DNA from: Botryllus schlosseri
Taxonomy: Eukaryota
Direction: 5' to 3'
Assembly (NCBI GenBank): GCA_051294905.1
Contig: CM119386.1
Coordinates: 2,232,001-2,296,000 of the forward strand
DNA: 64,000 nt
Shown: piece by piece, positions 59,506 to 64,000 of the stretch
Layout of the letters: every line of letters starts with the position of its first letter
Position numbering within the stretch: the stretch's first letter is position 1
Notes under the pieces: generated by a model
What the model saw: the letters and a program-made list of their open reading frames with translations, nothing else
Database searches by the model: none
Told to the model about the DNA's origin: nothing
Program-made: the position numbers and the translations under genes

Positions 59506-60795
59506 CATGGGCTGTGATGACTCTAGTGATGACGCGACTAGAGTCACAATTTTTTGGTGACTCGAGTCATTTTTTCAATGCGTAAAATGTCTCAACTTGG
59601 ACTCGAGTCATTGTGCATGACTCGAACCAAGTCATATGAATTGAGACTAGGACAGCCAAGACAGACAGTTCATTGTAACTTCGAAGAATAGTAAAGTCAC
59701 TATAATATGGGTATTTCGAATATCAGTCCTGATACTTGGAAAATAAGGCCAGAAACTGTTAGGACTGAGCAAAATTATTTTTTGAGTTCAAAGTGAGCCA
59801 TTCTATATCACTGTAGCTGAATTGAAAAGGTTGGTCGCACCGGATTGAACTCAAAACTGAACAGTGAACGTAATCACTTGGAATCGGACTCGAGTCACAA
59901 CAATATGGCCTTTATTCCGAGACTCGTCTCTATCTCAAACTCAAGTTGTGGTGAACCAAGCACGGGCTGAGTCCAGCTCAGATCGATAGAGTGTTTGGCA
60001 TTCGGATAGGATTTCGAGCGGAGCTCAGTTTTGAGTCTTTACTCAATAGATTTGACAGCTGACGACTGCTTGCAGACGTATACGGTTCTGCTAATTGCTC
60101 GCGATCTGGCAATCCACGGTTTAGATGTCAGGCTGGTTGCATAGTATTGCCCTCAATTACGTCATTACATTGTGTGGAGATTCTACAATGGATGTATAGA
60201 CGAAATAACACCGTGCTATCTGTAACCACTACCCGTACATCACCGTAGCTTGATCTATTCAAGTATAGCTCGCCGTATATCCCATTCATTTCAAATCGGT
60301 AAACATATATTATATCTCTCAAGCTTAATAGGAATTTAGGGACTATCTGACATACTGTTTTAGCCAATGCAAATATTTACATATAATTAAACATCAGACT
60401 TCATCCTGAAATCTTCAGGAATAAGCACAAGTTATTTATTGAATTACTGATGATGGGTGGTGGTGCCGTGTGATGTGGTTGATATTTCCACCATACACTG
60501 GGACAAACAGTTTTTTTAACGGTATTGCAATGATCAACCTTGAGTACATTCATGAAGCGCCAGGTAATCTACTATTGTGTATTGCAAGGGATGAAAAATG
60601 TCCATCGATTTGAGAATACCCCACGTAGTCAACGATGAAGCCATTCTGAATACCAATTCTTATGCAATGTTGACGCAAAATGAGTTACAGCACTGAGTAA
60701 GGTTTATAAAGACCCTATACTCATTGAATTAGACCAAGACTTGACTCCGCGGCGAATTGAACATGAGTCATCTTGACTCGAGTCAAAACTATGAA

Positions 60796-60829
<34 letters not shown>

Positions 60830-61127
60830 GGTTTTCTTTTTTTTCTCGCACCATCGAGATGCTCTTTGACGACAGAATCGCGAAACGGCCTTTATAGTAA
60901 GGTCATCTAGTCTGCACCCCCGTTTTTTCTCCTCCATGCTATCCGTGATCAATAAGCGCCTAACAGGATAGCCGCGGATACCAGTGTTCGAGTCTTTGGT
61001 CTCTCCCGCCCCGGAATCAAACCCCCAACCTATCGATCGAGTAGCCTGATGCATCACCATTACACTATCTTGCTCGGCGGTGAGATTGACTTTCGACTTG
61101 GAACCCTGTAACTTCGTTACAACCCTG
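59506..61127 (-). mobile_element. GACTCGAGTC-family hAT derivative containing a SINE
   Basis: Degenerate left end CATGGGCTGTGATGACTC, GACTC arrays, right TIR GTTACAACCCTG ending at 61127. Confidence 0.6.
60798..61075 (-). mobile_element. tRNA-derived SINE, second near-full copy, with (TC)n tail, nested in a hAT derivative
   Basis: Reverse complement aligns along its length with 1036-1292. Confidence 0.8.
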
Positions 61128-61679
61128 TGTCCTCATCATTTGTTTGAATTCCTTGAATCAATCTTAAGGAAATGTTCGTTTTACAAGACTTTTTGACAGG
61201 GTGACTGGCCAACACGATAATTTTTGAAGTTGGATATATTTTTAACAATGCATTGCCACCATAATTTCTTGTGAACGGGCTATGTCAACCAAAAGTTTGA
61301 TTAGCTTGACCGTGAAATTCAGGAGGTTCAGTATAAAAAGAACAGTTTTGACGCATTGACCTAGCCATGGGCAGAGCAAGAGAGCATTCGAATATTAGAT
61401 TTCCGAAAATTTTTGTAAATGAACATGGGGTGGTGCAGATTGACTTACTTGAAAAATTTGCTGTCCCGAGCTTTCTACGTTTTAGTAACCTTCTTGAACA
61501 CTCAACAGATGGCTTTTGGTTTCAAAAACTCAGTCAAACTGCATTCACAGTTATGAGAAAACGTAATAATTCCGGTATCACATGTTGAAAGCTTCAGTTT
61601 AGCGGCGTGTTGCCCATGGGAACGCCTTTTTAGCACCAGCTATCTCCGAGCCAGGACACACCATCATCATCATCATCAT

Positions 61680-61945
61680 TGGTTTATTCGCAATTTTATC
61701 ACTTCAATACATCACAAATAATCTGATACAATGAAACAAACAATCTGATACAATGAAAAGGCAGGAAGACTTCAAAGCGACTTGGAGTAGTCTATGGAAT
61801 CAGACACCCACCTTGGCCTAGGCGATGTAAAGAGGAGGCATGCACACTGAATAAAAGTAAAGAAGATAGTATAGAAAAGAAAGCGACAAAAATGGGGTGG
61901 CATGTCATGGGAAGCGAGATCGATAGGTCAGTCGTGGTCTGATAA
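61680..61945 (-). mobile_element. CR1/L2-type LINE 3' UTR fragment
   Basis: Aligns with 42040-42240. Confidence 0.62.
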
Positions 61946-62799
61946 TCTTGAGGATTGACAGTACAGTTGAAATGTGAGAAAATACGTGACTTCGTGTTAG
62001 ATCTCCCGCAAGCGATAGAAATTTTGCCCTAACTGATCCACGTGCGCTGCTGTGTAAATGAGAACCGCAAGACATGCAATCTAGATACATACATATATTA
62101 CTGAGCGAGTTCATTAGTTACCTGATATATTTTTTTTGCTTTGCGCAGATAGTGCATGAATGCTCACTCATTGTTCATGACATAAATGTCCACTGATTTT
62201 GGTGCGTATGGTAAGATAAGGCTTCTGTTGAACATTTTCTAATCAATACAAAAGTGGCCTGTGGCATGTGACCCTTTGGTCAGAAAGGCTGGTCACTATT
62301 GTGTTCTTGGTAGGCCATATTTTCAATACACAATTTAATAGTACATTGATATTGAATTATACTTGACTGGTTGCTAACGATAACCTGAAATAATTCGGGT
62401 TTATTTCGATATTAATATAATATTCAATTAAATATTAATTGAATGGACTCTCGATTTGCTGTTGCATTGTTCAAATAATCAGCTAGGTTTCATCCATTTA
62501 TCCACTGTGGTATAAATCAGCTACAGGTGTCATACCTTAGACCTGCCTGTTCTGTTACACAGATAGATGTGCATTAATATTAATCTTGCATCGAACAACA
62601 CATTCATATTCCCAATTTATTCACCATAAGCTTTTCAACTGACCCTTGTCGGTAGTGGCCGTCAGTATAATACAGAGATTGAAATTCGAAATGTAAAGAT
62701 GAAATAGGTAGTGTGAGGTAAGAATGGTATAACAACTACAATGAACTCAAGCAACAATGAATTCCTAGTGATATATTGGCCAGTGAAAGTGGCTTTGCG

Positions 62800-63845
62800 A
62801 AATACTGACTGAGCATAGCAATTCTCTTGCATTCCTTGATGTCTTCGTATAAAAAAGGAGGTTCCTAACGTCAGTCTTTAGGAAAGACACATTCACTGGC
62901 CAATATTTCGCTTGTAATTCATTTTGTCCGACAAAGCGCAAAACTAATCTGATACGAACACTTGTTCACAGGGCTCTAAGTCGGAACTTGAATCTGAATT
63001 AGATTTTATACGGAAAATCCCTGATCACATTGTGAAGTCCACCGTTGACTTCAGAGCCACTAAATTCATTGGACCCAGTCAATATCCAGTCTATTTAGAT
63101 TTACCATGGATTGATAAAGTTTCTGGTAGATTTGACAAGCAAATCAAGTCGTCTGTCAGTCAATGTTTCATATGGGTACAACGTAGGATTGTTCTCACTA
63201 CAAAATCTCTTTTTCCTGCAACACAGAAGGATGTACCACGTGCCACAAAACACAGTAGTATTATTTACAATTATGTGTGACACTGCGACAGTCAGTGTGT
63301 GGGTCGTTCTTCACGTCACCAACAAAGAAGCAACCAACATGTGCCCAACCAGAATAAAAAACCTGACGTCAATGCAGTCAATCGCAGACCAGTAATCCTT
63401 TCTTGCGCGACTATGACCAGGCAACGGCATATAACTCTCCAATAGGTCAGCACCTTCTGACGCATCCAGAGTGTGCAAAATCGTATTACGATTACAAATT
63501 TTCAATTCTTGCATGTGGACGTAGTCTGTTCCATTTAAAGGTTCTGGAATCGACTGTAATAAAACTCGACAAACCTATTCTTTGTCGACAAAAGGACCGT
63601 CTCGGTTCTCTCCATGTATTTCATTAGTGTTGCGTCTCTATCTATATATTATAGCTTATTTATATTGCACTAATTGCATTTTTGCCTAATGCTCTCTTTT
63701 TATTAAATCTCTTGTTGTTGTTGTTGTTGTTATACCATTGTTACGTCGCACTACCTATTTCATCTCTACATTTCAAATTGCAATCTTCGTATTAAACTGA
63801 CGGCTACTACCGACGATGGTCAGTTGAAAAGCTTATAGTGAATAA
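62800..63845 (+). mobile_element. Decayed Penelope-like retroelement (RT C-terminus + GIY-YIG endonuclease) with terminal hammerhead motif
   Basis: Broken frames SLAFLDVFV*KRRFLTSVFRKDTFTGQY...NLIRTLVHRAL (RT thumb), YLDLPWI, IIYNYV*HCDSQCVGRSSRH...NQHVP and SPIGQHLL...FSILACGRSLFHLKVLESTVIKLDKPILCRQ (GIY-YIG). Stops and frameshifts are present. Confidence 0.8.
63795..63839 (+). ncRNA. Minimal hammerhead motif at PLE 3' end (core mutated)
   Basis: ACTA-CCGACGA-TGGTCAGTT-GAAA-AGCT-T-A-TAGT: perfect stem I, palindromic AAGCTT, U4-to-C core change. Confidence 0.55.
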
Positions 63846-64000
63846 ATTACGAATATGAATGTGTTGTTTGTTGCAATAGTCAAATTCTGTACCACAAGGA
63901 ACTTATTTGATATTAATCTGTAATCATAATAAAATATTCGCGAATATTTCAACATGAATATACTGTTCATTAGTACATGTAAGTTCTTGCATATAGTATT

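Overview
AT-rich eukaryotic genomic DNA, probably an invertebrate. The 55-65 nt minimal introns and TE-rich long introns would fit a tunicate, but this is not provable from the sequence. Almost the whole window is one + strand gene, incomplete at both ends, encoding a giant secreted von Willebrand factor / gel-forming-mucin family protein. I traced 62 frame-consistent exons by hand (486-59469; 10,962 nt, about 3,650 aa). Domain order: end of the D3 assembly (C8-TIL-E); a PTS stretch of only about 35 aa on micro-exons; a Cys-rich linker; a D4 assembly (VWD with GDPH, C8, TIL); then at least 3.3 tandem copies of a 12-exon, 824-870 aa, about 14% Cys super-repeat. Main findings: (1) the same intron begins AG|ATAAGT and ends CAGCAC in repeat units 2, 3 and 4 but is GT-AG in unit 1, suggesting conserved U2-type AT-AC (or AT-AG) introns; (2) trefoil (P-type) cassette exons are inserted in units 2 and 3, apparently copied between units together with their introns; (3) a family of minimal hammerhead-ribozyme motifs, often in inverted pairs, shares its architecture with a hammerhead at the 3' end of a decayed Penelope-like element. 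Introns also hold hAT derivatives with 8-bp TSDs, tRNA-derived SINEs and CR1/L2-type LINE 3' ends. Most entries in the supplied ORF track are exon shadows or noise.
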